Positions 25,292-35,357 of a stretch of 64,000 nt of DNA are shown here, in pieces. Every line of letters starts with the position of its first letter. The stretch's first letter is position 1. The notes beneath the pieces were generated by a model. The model saw only the letters and a program-made list of their open reading frames with translations. It did no database searches and was not told where the DNA came from. Source of the stretch: Nemertoderma westbladi (Eukaryota > Animalia > Xenacoelomorpha); the NCBI GenBank assembly GCA_032718475.1, contig JAUCBJ010007886.1, positions 1 through 64,000 of the forward strand, written 5' to 3'. Made by a program: the position numbers and the translations under genes.

Positions 25292-25675
25292 ATGAATAGA
25301 CTTGTGCAGAAATATCGTAACGAACTGGAATTTCTACGCAGCGCTACCCCTCAACAAAGAACTTATTTTATTAACCATACCGCGAGTAACGAATTAATAC
25401 GGCTCATTGTAAATACTGCATTAAATGTTCTAAAAGGTAATGTACAATTAACCCCTCATTCATTTAGAAATATTCGCCGCTATAAGAAGGTATTGAAATC
25501 ACTCAACCGTAAAACAAAAAATATATCAAGTTACAGAAAAAAGTTAAGCAATCAATCTGGAGGCATACTACCGTTTCTAATACCCTTACTCGGCATTGGT
25601 GCGAAACTCGCCGCGAGTGCCGGTGCCGCCGCCGCTGGAGCAGCTATTGCGAAAAAAATTAACCGCGGACGGTAA
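25292..25675 (+). CDS. Conserved small basic Polinton virion protein (PW-like)
   Basis: ALNVLKGNV.LT...K/R-rich...QSGG|ILPFLIPLL. The GG site resembles an adenain cleavage site and is followed by a hydrophobic helix. Confidence 0.75.
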   Translation: MNRLVQKYRNELEFLRSATPQQRTYFINHTASNELIRLIVNTALNVLKGNVQLTPHSFRNIRRYKKVLKSLNRKTKNISSYRKKLSNQSGGILPFLIPLLGIGAKLAASAGAAAAGAAIAKKINRGR

Positions 25676-25677
25676 TA

Positions 25678-25848
25678 ATGGTTAAAACAGGAGTAACATT
25701 TAGAAAATTATATTTAGTATCGAGTAAACCGTTAGCTGCTGATTTAAAACCTCAAGATATACCTAGAGTAAATACTACAAAAAGAAAACCCTTCAAAACA
25801 TCAACTTCAAAGAAAATAATTAAAAAATTTCAGTTGTTCTTACGGTGA
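25678..25848 (+). CDS. Short basic Polinton ORF (56 aa, below the ORF-track cutoff)
   Basis: ATG 2 nt after the previous stop. Reads MVKTGVTFRKLYLVSSKP...KKIIKKFQLFLR and fills the gap before the integrase. Confidence 0.45.
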   Translation: MVKTGVTFRKLYLVSSKPLAADLKPQDIPRVNTTKRKPFKTSTSKKIIKKFQLFLR

Positions 25849-25899
25849 TGCCCTTTATAAGAGATTTGAATATACATATTACTTGCGGTTGTCGAAAAG

Positions 25900-26988
25900 A
25901 TGCCACGCAAGATGAAACCGATTTTAAGCCGAAGCTTAGACAAAAAACTGTTAAGAATTTATTTAGATCCTTCATCCCCTGCGGGTTTTGCAAGTGTTGC
26001 AAAATTAGCAAAAGCTGCAAACATCAAACCAGCACAAGCCCAGAAATGGCTGAGCGGGCAAAAGACATACACCCTTCACGCTCCACGTAGACATCATTAT
26101 CCAACATCTAAAATATTTACGGGAGGTTTAAAAGATATATATATGATAGATCTGGTGGATATGCAGCAATATAAATCGCAAAATAATAATTATAACTATA
26201 TATTAACATGTATTGATGCCTTTAGCAGGCTTGCTTTTGGCTATGGTATGAAAACAAAAAAGGGTATTGAAATTATTAGTATATTGCAAAAAATATTCCA
26301 GAAAGGAAAACCAAACAGAATCGCGACTGATCAAGGGTCTGAGTTTCTAAATAAATCTGTAAGGAAATATTTAGATACGTTAGGTATACAGTATTACGTA
26401 ATGTATTCTGTGAATAAGGCGGCTATTGTCGAGAGATTCAATAGAACATTAAAAACAAAGATGTTCAAAATTTTTACACAACGAGGAAATAATGTTTGGA
26501 TTAAAATTTTACCAAAGCTTATCTCAGCTTATAATAGGTCATATCATAGGACAATAAAAATGACACCTATTGAAGTTAATAAATTTAATGAAACTGAATT
26601 AATGAATAGATTATATGGGAAATATAGACAGATTAATCACAAGAAAATAAAATTTAAAGTTGGAGATACAGTACGATTATCTATCGCTCGTACTGCTTTT
26701 GCTAAAGGCTATCGAGAACAATGGACACGTGAATTATTTATTATTCATCGTGTCAGGCTGGATAGAGTACCTGCTGTAATGTTCGATATTAAGGACAGCG
26801 CTGGAGCTATAATAAAGGGCTCATTTTATTCTCACGAACTCCAAAAGGTCCACCCGAATAGTAATATTTATCTAGCAATTGATAAAAATATTGGCAAACT
26901 TAAAGAACGTGTACGCAATGGGAAGAAAGAATATTTAGTCCGATTCATCGGATCCAAGAAACAGTCGTGGGTACAGCATATTCAATAA
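25900..26988 (+). CDS. Retroviral-like (rve) DDE integrase with short chromo-like C-terminus
   Basis: IDLVDM, CIDAFSR, TDQGSEF, KAAIVERFNRTLK, YN...H.TI.MTP and FKVGD.VR motifs; C-terminal KKEYLVRF.G....WV. Confidence 0.95.
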   Translation: MPRKMKPILSRSLDKKLLRIYLDPSSPAGFASVAKLAKAANIKPAQAQKWLSGQKTYTLHAPRRHHYPTSKIFTGGLKDIYMIDLVDMQQYKSQNNNYNYILTCIDAFSRLAFGYGMKTKKGIEIISILQKIFQKGKPNRIATDQGSEFLNKSVRKYLDTLGIQYYVMYSVNKAAIVERFNRTLKTKMFKIFTQRGNNVWIKILPKLISAYNRSYHRTIKMTPIEVNKFNETELMNRLYGKYRQINHKKIKFKVGDTVRLSIARTAFAKGYREQWTRELFIIHRVRLDRVPAVMFDIKDSAGAIIKGSFYSHELQKVHPNSNIYLAIDKNIGKLKERVRNGKKEYLVRFIGSKKQSWVQHIQ

Positions 26989-27417
26989 GCTTAGGTTTAT
27001 ACTGTATATTAATTCATTTTGGTCGCATATGACCGTAATCAATCAATATTAACTCGAATGATATTACTATATCTATAGTTCATCCGTTTTAAATAAAGCC
27101 AATAAAGCCAGTAAAATATTGATCCCGCGCATATACTGTAGAATATGCGACAATGAACGACAATGAACGTGGTCACAGATGTCTATAATTTAACATTATA
27201 CTGTACTGTATGTACAATGGAGTCAAGTAGAGAGAGAGAGAGCTTAAATAATAATAATAATGGCCACAGATACATATATCACTCTACTTTCAGATAGCTC
27301 ATTAAACACTTACCCCAATAATAATCCTAGCGAGTTTACTGTTGATTTAGCCGAAGAATTATATATTGGTCCAAACGCTAAAATTGGGCTTGCCGAGCTA
27401 CAATACCAAGCAACATA

Positions 27418-28950
27418 CAGTCCCAATCCCAATAAACATTAACTTGGTCATTTTGGCGGCCAAAATTACCAAAATGGCCAAGTAAAAACTGCGGTATTCA
27501 TGAAAGGAACTGCTGAGGCACGTTGGCTTGTCAATCACAGCCAGTGAATACAGGCTGAGTGTAGTAAAACCCAGCATGTTGGCGCTGAGGTAGAGTTCTG
27601 AGGTAGAGTTCTCTCTACCTTTAGGTAGAGAGAAAGGCTCCAATGTAGTAACGGCTGGACTCGCCACTGTAGTAAACATGCCTGTAAGAGTGCAGTGTGA
27701 GGCGCCCGCCCTAACTTATTATTTTCTACATAATTTTTACTAATCTAATAATTAACACACCTTTACCTGTCACTTAGGTTATAAGCAGTGTGCTAGCACT
27801 TGCAGCGTAATAATTAATTATTTACTTTAATTATATTCGATTGGTAATAAAAATAACAAGTCCATATATTTAATTTGTAAAAATTCTTTAAAATATGAGA
27901 AAAGTATTTACATAGATTTTTCTTTATTTAGCAGTTTAATACGCTATAATATAAATGCTCTTATAAATACAGTTAGGGGGGGGGGGGGGGGGACTGGACG
28001 CAATAAAAATTCATCACTCTCCAGGGGAAATTTGACGCAAATAACAGATGATTACTCTCAAAAATAAAACTGTAATGTTCATTTATGTTTAATTTATTGT
28101 TTTGGTTAAAATAACGTGCCACTGTAACCTGCCCCTTTCCCTAAATTGAGAATTTAACATTGAGGCGGGATATTAATTCGCCAAGGCGAGTTTTGCGTCC
28201 AGTCCCCCCCCCCCCCCCCCCCCCTGTCTCGATAAATAATAATTTCATCATCATAAATTCACCCAAATATGCCGACTCTGTTGACTGTTAGCACAGAGCC
28301 AGAGCCTGATATTATAATGTTTTCAGTTACTATCGCCCTCGAATTCAGACCCAGCTACTAGAAATAGGCCGCGCCGCTTAATCTGAATTTCATTAGTATA
28401 CCGAACTCGTTCGAGACTGAGTGTCGCTATTTAATAGCTACCTCTCGCCCTGTCACAGACCCAGCTTCTAACTATAAAACTATAATTAGGACGCCTTCAT
28501 ACAGAACACGTTGCCATTTCATAATGACTCTAAACTGAAGCTACACAAAGGAAAAGGTGAGAAGTGATTATCTAATAATTACACACAAAATCCGATTATT
28601 ATACATACTCCTCCTTTTAACAAAGCCGCATCCAACTAACTCCCTTATTACGTATTAGCCTGTGCTGTATCAATGCCTCAGTGGGTGGTCTCTACTACAA
28701 CTGAAAGGCCCGACTCAGCTCCAGGTAAGTTAACAATCTGTCAATAATAAAAATGAAAGCGAGCCGACATTTAGTCAGAGCAACCAAATGGATGTCCAAG
28801 GAGACGGGCTGTCTGGACTTGACTGAGTCGAGTTAAATCGCTTCGCCAAAACGACCAAGTAGCCCATAGGAATACACTACATTTTTTTGGCGATTTTGGT
28901 CATTTTGGCCGCCAAAACGACCAAGTTAATGTTTATTGGGATTGGGACTG
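27418..28950. mobile_element. Non-autonomous Tc1/mariner-type element (1533 bp)
   Basis: TA duplication (27416-27417, 28951-28952). ~64-bp TIRs starting CAGTCCCAATCCCAATAAAC. No transposase. Confidence 0.92.
27975..28225. mobile_element. Small MITE-like inverted-repeat unit nested in the 27418-28950 element
   Basis: polyG-ACTGGACGCAA ... TTGCGTCCAGT-polyC inverted ends. Confidence 0.65.
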
Positions 28951-29659
28951 TACAGTAATATTACGCTGCAAACTCAAATCTCGCTGTCAATCGGGGTAGA
29001 TGCAAAAGATGCCAAATTATATAGTTTATTTCCTGGTATGCATAGCTCTATTCAAGTGATTATTGATGATATAAATAAACTGTTTAATTCTGAAGCGAAA
29101 TATAGAGATTTCGAATTCATTTTTAATACAAATAATTCTAGAATTAAATTTAAATTTCCTAAAAAGTTGAAAAAAATACAATTAAGTCTACGTGGTGATT
29201 TAATACAAATTCTAGGCTTAAAACCGTTATTGGATCGGAATCATCCGGATATTCCGAATTGGGATATATACAGTACCACTACAGTAGATGAATTAAGCAA
29301 TATAGAACAGCCGATATTAATTTTAAATTATAGCGGACCAAAAATTTCGGAAATTGGCATTTTAGATTTTCCAGCTCCCACGAATATAACACGTAATAAA
29401 GACACTATCTTTATATACACAGATATTATTAAGAGCTCATTTGTTGGTGACGCTTTAGCTCTGCTCTTAAGAACCTGCCCTTTAACGCAATTAAATCGAA
29501 AATATATTAATCACGAATACGAGAGCATTTGCTATTACCCGTTGTTGAATAAAAAACTAAAAACAATCTTAATTACTTTACGTGACGGACAAGGCGAATT
29601 AATTAATTTTAGCGGAGGTCGCACTGTTATAACATTTAAGTTAATACGAGGTGGCAGTG

Positions 29660-30505
29660 ATGGATGAATTCTACGTAAGACTACCAAGTAACTCCTGTCC
29701 AATTGATTTTCCCCGCAATAGCGCTAGTAATTATCAGATCAATTTCCATGGCGCCTTACCTATAAACCCAAACGAAAACTGGGTGGTAGGTATAAAAAGT
29801 ATATTTTACTTAGCAACGTTGCCGTCCATGTATAACAATGTAGAGAATGTTATTTTATTAAAAAAAGGAAAAAAAATTTTTGAGGATACACTTCCATCCG
29901 GTTTGTTCTACAGTATCAATGACATTATAGATTATTTTAACACAGGGGCGTTGAAAGATAAATTACAAATAGTTGAAAATACTCAGCAAAATAGGTTGCA
30001 ATTTATTTTAGGGAAAACTGTGCGAGAGTTATTTATAGGTCAACAATTAGCCTATTATTTTGGAATTACTGAAAATAATCTCGGCGCGAATTTAAATCCA
30101 AATTTTAAAATTATTTTGAAGACGAAAAATAACATAAAGGGTTATTTAATAAAGGTTATCGGAAATGGAGAAAAAGCTTACCAGATGGTATTTTTATGCC
30201 CTCAACCACCCAATTCTATTCCAGAACCTAAGTCGAACATGTACGTGACTACTAATATAATTGAAAATCAATATATTAATGACTTTGGTTTAGCTTTACT
30301 TCGCCGTGTTGCGATACCTGATGACGTGAAATATGGTAGCGTAATAAATAAAGAATTTGTCAAGGATACAATTCATTATATCCCTATAAAAAAATCATAT
30401 AAGATAACATACATTCATATTGAAATAACAGACAAAGAAGGAAAAGATTTGAATTTTGAATACGGGACAACATCTATTACATTACACTTTAAACGAATAA
30501 ATTAA
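29660..30505 (+). CDS. Minor capsid (penton-like) protein 2
   Basis: FYVRLPSNS...FP.N..SNY, W.VG, MYV.TNIIE.Q...LLR, YIP and ITLHFK motifs. The ATG at 29660 overlaps the end of penton 1. Confidence 0.88.
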   Translation: MDEFYVRLPSNSCPIDFPRNSASNYQINFHGALPINPNENWVVGIKSIFYLATLPSMYNNVENVILLKKGKKIFEDTLPSGLFYSINDIIDYFNTGALKDKLQIVENTQQNRLQFILGKTVRELFIGQQLAYYFGITENNLGANLNPNFKIILKTKNNIKGYLIKVIGNGEKAYQMVFLCPQPPNSIPEPKSNMYVTTNIIENQYINDFGLALLRRVAIPDDVKYGSVINKEFVKDTIHYIPIKKSYKITYIHIEITDKEGKDLNFEYGTTSITLHFKRIN

Positions 30506-30506
30506 A

Positions 30507-31070
30507 ATGGATTCTGATTTATTTCAAAGATACAGTAAACCTCAATATGGTGGTTCAGACTCTAATCTTGCTGTTTTTAAAGGTGGTAGAAGTGCCAGAG
30601 GTTCGACACAAGTTCTTGTTTTTCGAGGTGGTTCATATATTGACCCTTACGGTCAACAAATTGGTGCATTTGGTACAAACTTAAAACAACGTCGATTTCA
30701 ACGTTATCCTAGAGGTATGCGGGCAAATCAACACGGAGAAGGTATATTTACAGACGCTTTATCGACATTGAAAAAATTTGGTAAGCCATTAGCTAAAAAA
30801 GTGTTACAAAAAGCTCTACCATTTACCACAAAATTTATGAGACAACACGTAATACCAAAAGGTAAGCGGGTCTTACATCAGCAGGCTAATACGGTTATTA
30901 ATAAAGCATTAAATAAAATGAAACCGTCAACAAGGTCAGTTGTAGAAAAAGTTTATAGAGATTTAAAGCGACCCGCTAGACCAATGTCTATGAACATACA
31001 TCATCGATGTAGTAATAAAAATAGAAAAATAAAAGGCAAACTGAAACACTGCGAAAAAAGTATTTTTTAA
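30507..31070 (+). CDS. Basic virion precursor with G-G/GxG sites and an amphipathic helix (pVI/cupiennin-like by analogy)
   Basis: QYGG, FKGG, FRGG and QHGEG motifs followed by amphipathic IFTDALSTLKKFGKPLAKKVLQKAL. Usual position directly before the major capsid gene. Confidence 0.7.
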   Translation: MDSDLFQRYSKPQYGGSDSNLAVFKGGRSARGSTQVLVFRGGSYIDPYGQQIGAFGTNLKQRRFQRYPRGMRANQHGEGIFTDALSTLKKFGKPLAKKVLQKALPFTTKFMRQHVIPKGKRVLHQQANTVINKALNKMKPSTRSVVEKVYRDLKRPARPMSMNIHHRCSNKNRKIKGKLKHCEKSIF

Positions 31071-31072
31071 TA

Positions 31073-32332
31073 ATGTCAATTATTAAGGAATTAGATTTAT
31101 TTTCTACACAGCCAATACAGACTGAATTTAAAGCAAAGCATTATGAAACAATTTACCCCGTATCTAATCTCAGAAGTGAGTCTAGGGAAGTCACGTTCCT
31201 TGTACCGAGATCCAATGAATTCTATACGAAACTGCAAGATGCGTTATTAATTACAAAATGTACTGTACGATGGGATAGACGACTTGAAAACTCCCATATA
31301 TATATGCTGAATTACCCCGCTGAAACTATGTGGAGTGATATTAAAATAGACCTTAATGAGAAGCAGGTTGAAAATAGCAATAACCATTATTTCTACAAGT
31401 CGTACTTATCCAATTTATTATTTACAACTTACGAGGATAAAAATGGGCTACTGGGTGCGGGTGGCTTTCATCAACCTTTATCTGAGCACGGAAATGAAAT
31501 TGATCCTGGCGCGCATCCTATTGGCGATGCCTTTAGTAAACAAATGCAATTTGTAAGTGGATTGACGATTGATTTTGATACTGAAACTAAAATAATACAA
31601 CCCGGGTATGATTTAAGAATGCATTTTAGAAAAGTATCAAATTCGTTTATTTTTAAAATCACTCCAAACGCAAACGCGGTGACAAATCTTCGGCTAGAAT
31701 TAGATGAAATAAAGATCCTAATCCCTAGAATGGAGGTTAATCCTGTAATAGAAAGCAGTCACCTAAAAGGTTTAGAGAGTTACAATATTGAATATCAATT
31801 CCAAAAAAAGGAGGTGACAACATTTACTATTCCCGCTCAAACCACAAATTACACCCAAACAAACATATTTGATGGTAAAAAACCCAAATTAGTTATTATT
31901 GGCTTCATAACAAATAACGCTTATTCGGGAGAATTAATTAGCAATCCCTTGAAATTTGAACATTTTAACCTTAGACGCGCGGAACTGATTGTAGACGGTC
32001 TTCCAGTAGGTGGTGTAATATACGAGCCTAATTTTACAGATGGAACATATATTTTTGAGTATACTCAATTAATGAAGAACATTAATACATATATTAACGG
32101 TTATGGGGGTAATAATATAGACCATGAAACCTACTTAGGTAATTGTCCCCTCCTATCCTGGGACCTAACCGCCGACGGCTATGTTAGAGATCCGCAACCG
32201 TCGATATATACTAACGGCCAATTAAAATTAAGATTTGCTGAACCGTTGGTTGAAACCATAAATGTAATCGTTTTTAATATTTATGATCAATCATTAAGTT
32301 TAAATAGCAGGAAAGGAATACATATCGATTAA
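31073..32332 (+). CDS. Major capsid protein (double jelly-roll, Polinton PY/hexon-like)
   Basis: ELDLF..QP.QT...Y..IYP, Y.YKSY...LL, P...IIGF..N.AY.G....NP..F.HF and L.LRFA.PL motifs; 419 aa. Confidence 0.9.
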   Translation: MSIIKELDLFSTQPIQTEFKAKHYETIYPVSNLRSESREVTFLVPRSNEFYTKLQDALLITKCTVRWDRRLENSHIYMLNYPAETMWSDIKIDLNEKQVENSNNHYFYKSYLSNLLFTTYEDKNGLLGAGGFHQPLSEHGNEIDPGAHPIGDAFSKQMQFVSGLTIDFDTETKIIQPGYDLRMHFRKVSNSFIFKITPNANAVTNLRLELDEIKILIPRMEVNPVIESSHLKGLESYNIEYQFQKKEVTTFTIPAQTTNYTQTNIFDGKKPKLVIIGFITNNAYSGELISNPLKFEHFNLRRAELIVDGLPVGGVIYEPNFTDGTYIFEYTQLMKNINTYINGYGGNNIDHETYLGNCPLLSWDLTADGYVRDPQPSIYTNGQLKLRFAEPLVETINVIVFNIYDQSLSLNSRKGIHID

Positions 32333-32334
32333 GT

Positions 32335-32787
32335 ATGTTATCTACAGAGGACCATGATATGTTTCCAGTGGGTGGTCACTATTTGGGAGCGTTTCCAGCT
32401 AACAAATTACCTAAATTAGATAATAATAAGCGGAAAGATTATGGGTTGATAGTAAATACCGATAAAGAGCATCTTCCTGGGATTCATTGGATCGCAATAT
32501 ATATACGAGATAATGAGGCCGAAGTATTTGACTCGTTTGGACCAAAATATCCAAACAGATGCATCGAAAAATGGCTTGAGAAAAATTCCGCAAGGTGGCG
32601 TACTACTCGCAATCAATTTCAAGACCCTAGGCGGACCACATGCGGTCTGTACTGTCTTTATTATTTGGTAAATCGTATTCACACAATCTATCCAATGAGA
32701 GTGTTTACAAATAATGTGGAAATAAATGAAATAATATTATATAAATGGCTTGTTAATTATTATAAAATAAACCAACAAGCGTTGTAA
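32335..32787 (+). CDS. Adenain-like cysteine maturation protease
   Basis: IVNTD....PG.HW (His), FDSFG (Asp), Q......TCG.YC (Gln/Cys). Confidence 0.93.
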   Translation: MLSTEDHDMFPVGGHYLGAFPANKLPKLDNNKRKDYGLIVNTDKEHLPGIHWIAIYIRDNEAEVFDSFGPKYPNRCIEKWLEKNSARWRTTRNQFQDPRRTTCGLYCLYYLVNRIHTIYPMRVFTNNVEINEIILYKWLVNYYKINQQAL

Positions 32788-32818
32788 TTAATCATTTAAC
32801 TTTTGTTTATCAGATAAA

Positions 32819-33388
32819 ATGGATAATATTATTTTTGTTGATTTTCAATATTATAAGATAGACAATAAAGAGTATCCGGTAGTATTTAAAGAATTGCTAT
32901 ATTCGATTCTAATTACACCAAAACTAATGTAAAGACGTTTTTAATTAAAGGCCCACCTAATATTAAGTTATCAGCATTAGATGCAGCCCACGTAAACAAT
33001 TTACGGGATATGACTTCTCACTTGCCCTGGGACTACGGGGACATTTCGCAAGATGACTTTAAAAAATATATGAAGAGACATTTAAAATATAAAAAAAATA
33101 TTCATGTATTTGGGTTGATGAAGCAGGCAATATTAGTTTCCCAACTCGATGTTCTCGCGTCAAATTCGGTGGAGAAATTGGGAATATATAAGCAATATCA
33201 CGATTATTTAACCCCTTGTCGGGCATAAATGTGCATTCCACTTAAACATAAGGGATAACTGTCTGCGATACTGCTCAGCAAAACGCGTTGGGGGGTATGA
33301 GATGCTACACTTTTTCATGAGAAAGCGTTTAACTGCGACTGATGATGATAAACAGAAAGAAATAACTGATGTGGAAGATGTACTGTAG
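32819..33388 (+). pseudogene. Frameshifted Polinton accessory gene with a DEDD/DnaQ-like N-terminal pattern
   Basis: MDNIIFVDFQ...VFKE [frameshift ~32890] IAIFD...FLIKGP...HLPWDYGDI...IHVFGLMK [frameshift ~33200] KCAFH...YCSAKRV...stop at 33388. Confidence 0.6.
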
Positions 33389-33758
33389 GTTTACTCTAAG
33401 CATGTAATGTGATGGGATATAATATAATTTTATTTTGGTGATGATCTTGATGTTAATATAAAAATATAATAAAATATAATTTTTTTTACAACAAGTTCTC
33501 TAAAAAGAGTCAATTGCGCTAGGTTAACCATACACATTTAACAATATGACATAGACGTAACATGTACAGTAAGTATTCTCGATATCATTCTAATATAGAT
33601 GTACTGGTATTGCGAAACATCCTATACATCGTAAACTAATAACACATACAGTAGTTGACTAGTAATATTAGTCAGAAATGCAACATAAACTGTATAGGAT
33701 GTAGTGTTATCCTGTTGGTACCGGTACTGATAAATTGAATAATTTATTATAGGCCTAA

Positions 33759-34520
33759 TCACAACTGTCATCCGCTTTATCAGTACCGGTAGTGTTTTAC
33801 TCTTCCAACACTGTAGTCACAGTCTACTGGTATCAGTACAGCAGTAATCTGAAGCAATAGCATACTGCTGTCATGATCCGGATTACACGCAGGGGTCTCA
33901 CATATAGGGATTAGATCACCTACCCAAACAATACAGTACTGCAGTACTGTCGTTGTTGTTGTAACAGCATAGTTAGATACAGCATACTGATTTCCTTTGA
34001 TTAGCATTGTACTGCAGTACCGGTACTACAGTATTAATGTAACAGTACCCGTAGTAACAAACTAGGCCAATGTATACAATATCGTGAGCCAGTTACAATC
34101 AGATGTGTACGCTGTCAGCCACACTGCGGGGGATGCGGTCAACCTTGCAGCACCTATCCACAACTGTCATCCACTTTATCAGTACAGCTGTAATCTGATG
34201 CAATAGCATTTGTTTTTTTTCACCTATAAGGATACTGCTGTCTACCCGAACCTTGATTAGCATACTGCTGTCATAACCTAGAAGGCACGCGTGGCTCTCA
34301 CATATAGGGATTAGATCACCTACCCAAACAATACAGTACTGCAGTACTGTCGTTGTTGTTGTTGTAACAGTATAGTCAGATACAGCATGTTGATTTCCTT
34401 TAATTAGCATTGTACCGCAGTACCGCTACTACAGTATTAATGTAACAGTACCCGCAGTAACAAACTAAACCATTGTATACAATATCGTGAGCCAGTTACA
34501 ATCGGATGTGCGCGCAGTCA
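33759..34520. repeat. Imperfect ~400-bp tandem duplication inside the Polinton
   Basis: 33759-34115 and 34159-34520 share long blocks (CATATAGGGATTAGATCACCTACCCAAACAATACAGTAC; GTATACAATATCGTGAGCCAGTTACAATC). Confidence 0.9.
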
Positions 34521-34576
34521 GCCACGCTGCTGGGAAGCGGTCCACCTCGCAGCCGCCCAGCCACCCTCGCAGCTAG

Positions 34577-34724
34577 TCACGCAGTCAGCCTCGCGGCACG
34601 CAGTCAGCCTCGCGGCACGCAGTCAGCATCGCGGCACGCAGTCAGCCTCGCGGCATGCAGTCAGCCTCGTGGTCGGTCATGCAGTCAGCCAGCCAGCCAC
34701 GCGGCTTGGCATGCAGTCAGCCCG
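34577..34724. repeat. GC-rich 19-bp tandem repeat (~5-7 units)
   Basis: Unit CACGCAGTCAGCCTCGCGG. Confidence 0.9.
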
Positions 34725-34811
34725 TGAGAGTCATACTTATTCAAACGAGGTTAGTTTTCCCTAACTACTGATAGATTGATTGAAAAAATAATAATGTTTA
34801 ATTTTCACCTT

Positions 34812-35357
34812 CTAATCACCAACACCTAAAGTCACAACACCAAACATTAATAAATAATTAACAAGTTTACTAAATATAGGGTAATAAATGTGAAATTTGC
34901 TAGGTGAACACATTAAAGTACATTTACCAGTATGAAAGCAGCAAATGACTACGGTATTATTTATTCTTATTTTGCAATTATTAAAAATTTCAGGTTCATA
35001 TATAACTTGAAGTTGCACATTATCAAAGACAACATAAAACCCGGTATTGTTTATCAATAACCTATAGACAACAGACTTAATACTAAAAATATAAGTACAT
35101 AAATTAACAGATTTTAAAATCAAATTAATACTAGTTTTATCAAATATATGCTTTTTTACTTTTTGGAAATTATACTTACTGCCTAATAATGTAATACGAC
35201 CATTTTTAAATATTAATAATGTGGCACCAAATATCTTATATATAAACTGATTTGGTTTGAGTATGTGTTTACCAGATAATTGATTTTTTAATTCTTTAAA
35301 ATTAATCGCTGACACTTGCTGGCAACTTACATTCTTATTAACTATCTGATAGTTCAT
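34812..35357 (-). CDS. TATA-box-binding protein (TBP)-like protein encoded by the Polinton (181 aa)
   Basis: Two TBP repeats: IVN..VS / ATLLIFKNGRITLLGSK and VN..Y / YEPEIF....RI...VICCFHTGKCTL (TBP: TALIFSSGKMVCTGAK; YEPELFPGLIYRM; LLIFVSGKVVL). Confidence 0.8.
   Translation of the reverse strand: MNYQIVNKNVSCQQVSAINFKELKNQLSGKHILKPNQFIYKIFGATLLIFKNGRITLLGSKYNFQKVKKHIFDKTSINLILKSVNLCTYIFSIKSVVYRLLINNTGFYVVFDNVQLQVIYEPEIFNNCKIRINNTVVICCFHTGKCTLMCSPSKFHIYYPIFSKLVNYLLMFGVVTLGVGD

Larger units (their letters stand above)
27260..29667 (+). pseudogene. Minor capsid (penton-like) gene 1, split by a DNA transposon; 290 aa when rejoined
   Basis: N-terminus YITLLSDSS..YPNN..SEFTV.L...IGLAELQY (27260-27417) joins in frame to 28953-29667, which has IFIYTDII...VGD...LLR and the penton-type C-terminus. 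Confidence 0.88.

Noticed and set aside
21980-27679. Similar minus-strand ORFs 21980-22240 and 27398-27679
   Set aside because: Chance frames in two copies of the same non-autonomous transposon end.
219-28224. Long poly-G/poly-C runs as G-quadruplex regulatory elements
   Set aside because: Mostly parts of MITE termini; homopolymer lengths are unreliable.
33780-34410. Paralogous-looking ORFs MLIKGNQ... (75 and 103 aa)
   Set aside because: Explained by the DNA duplication; frames diverge through indels and no motif is present.
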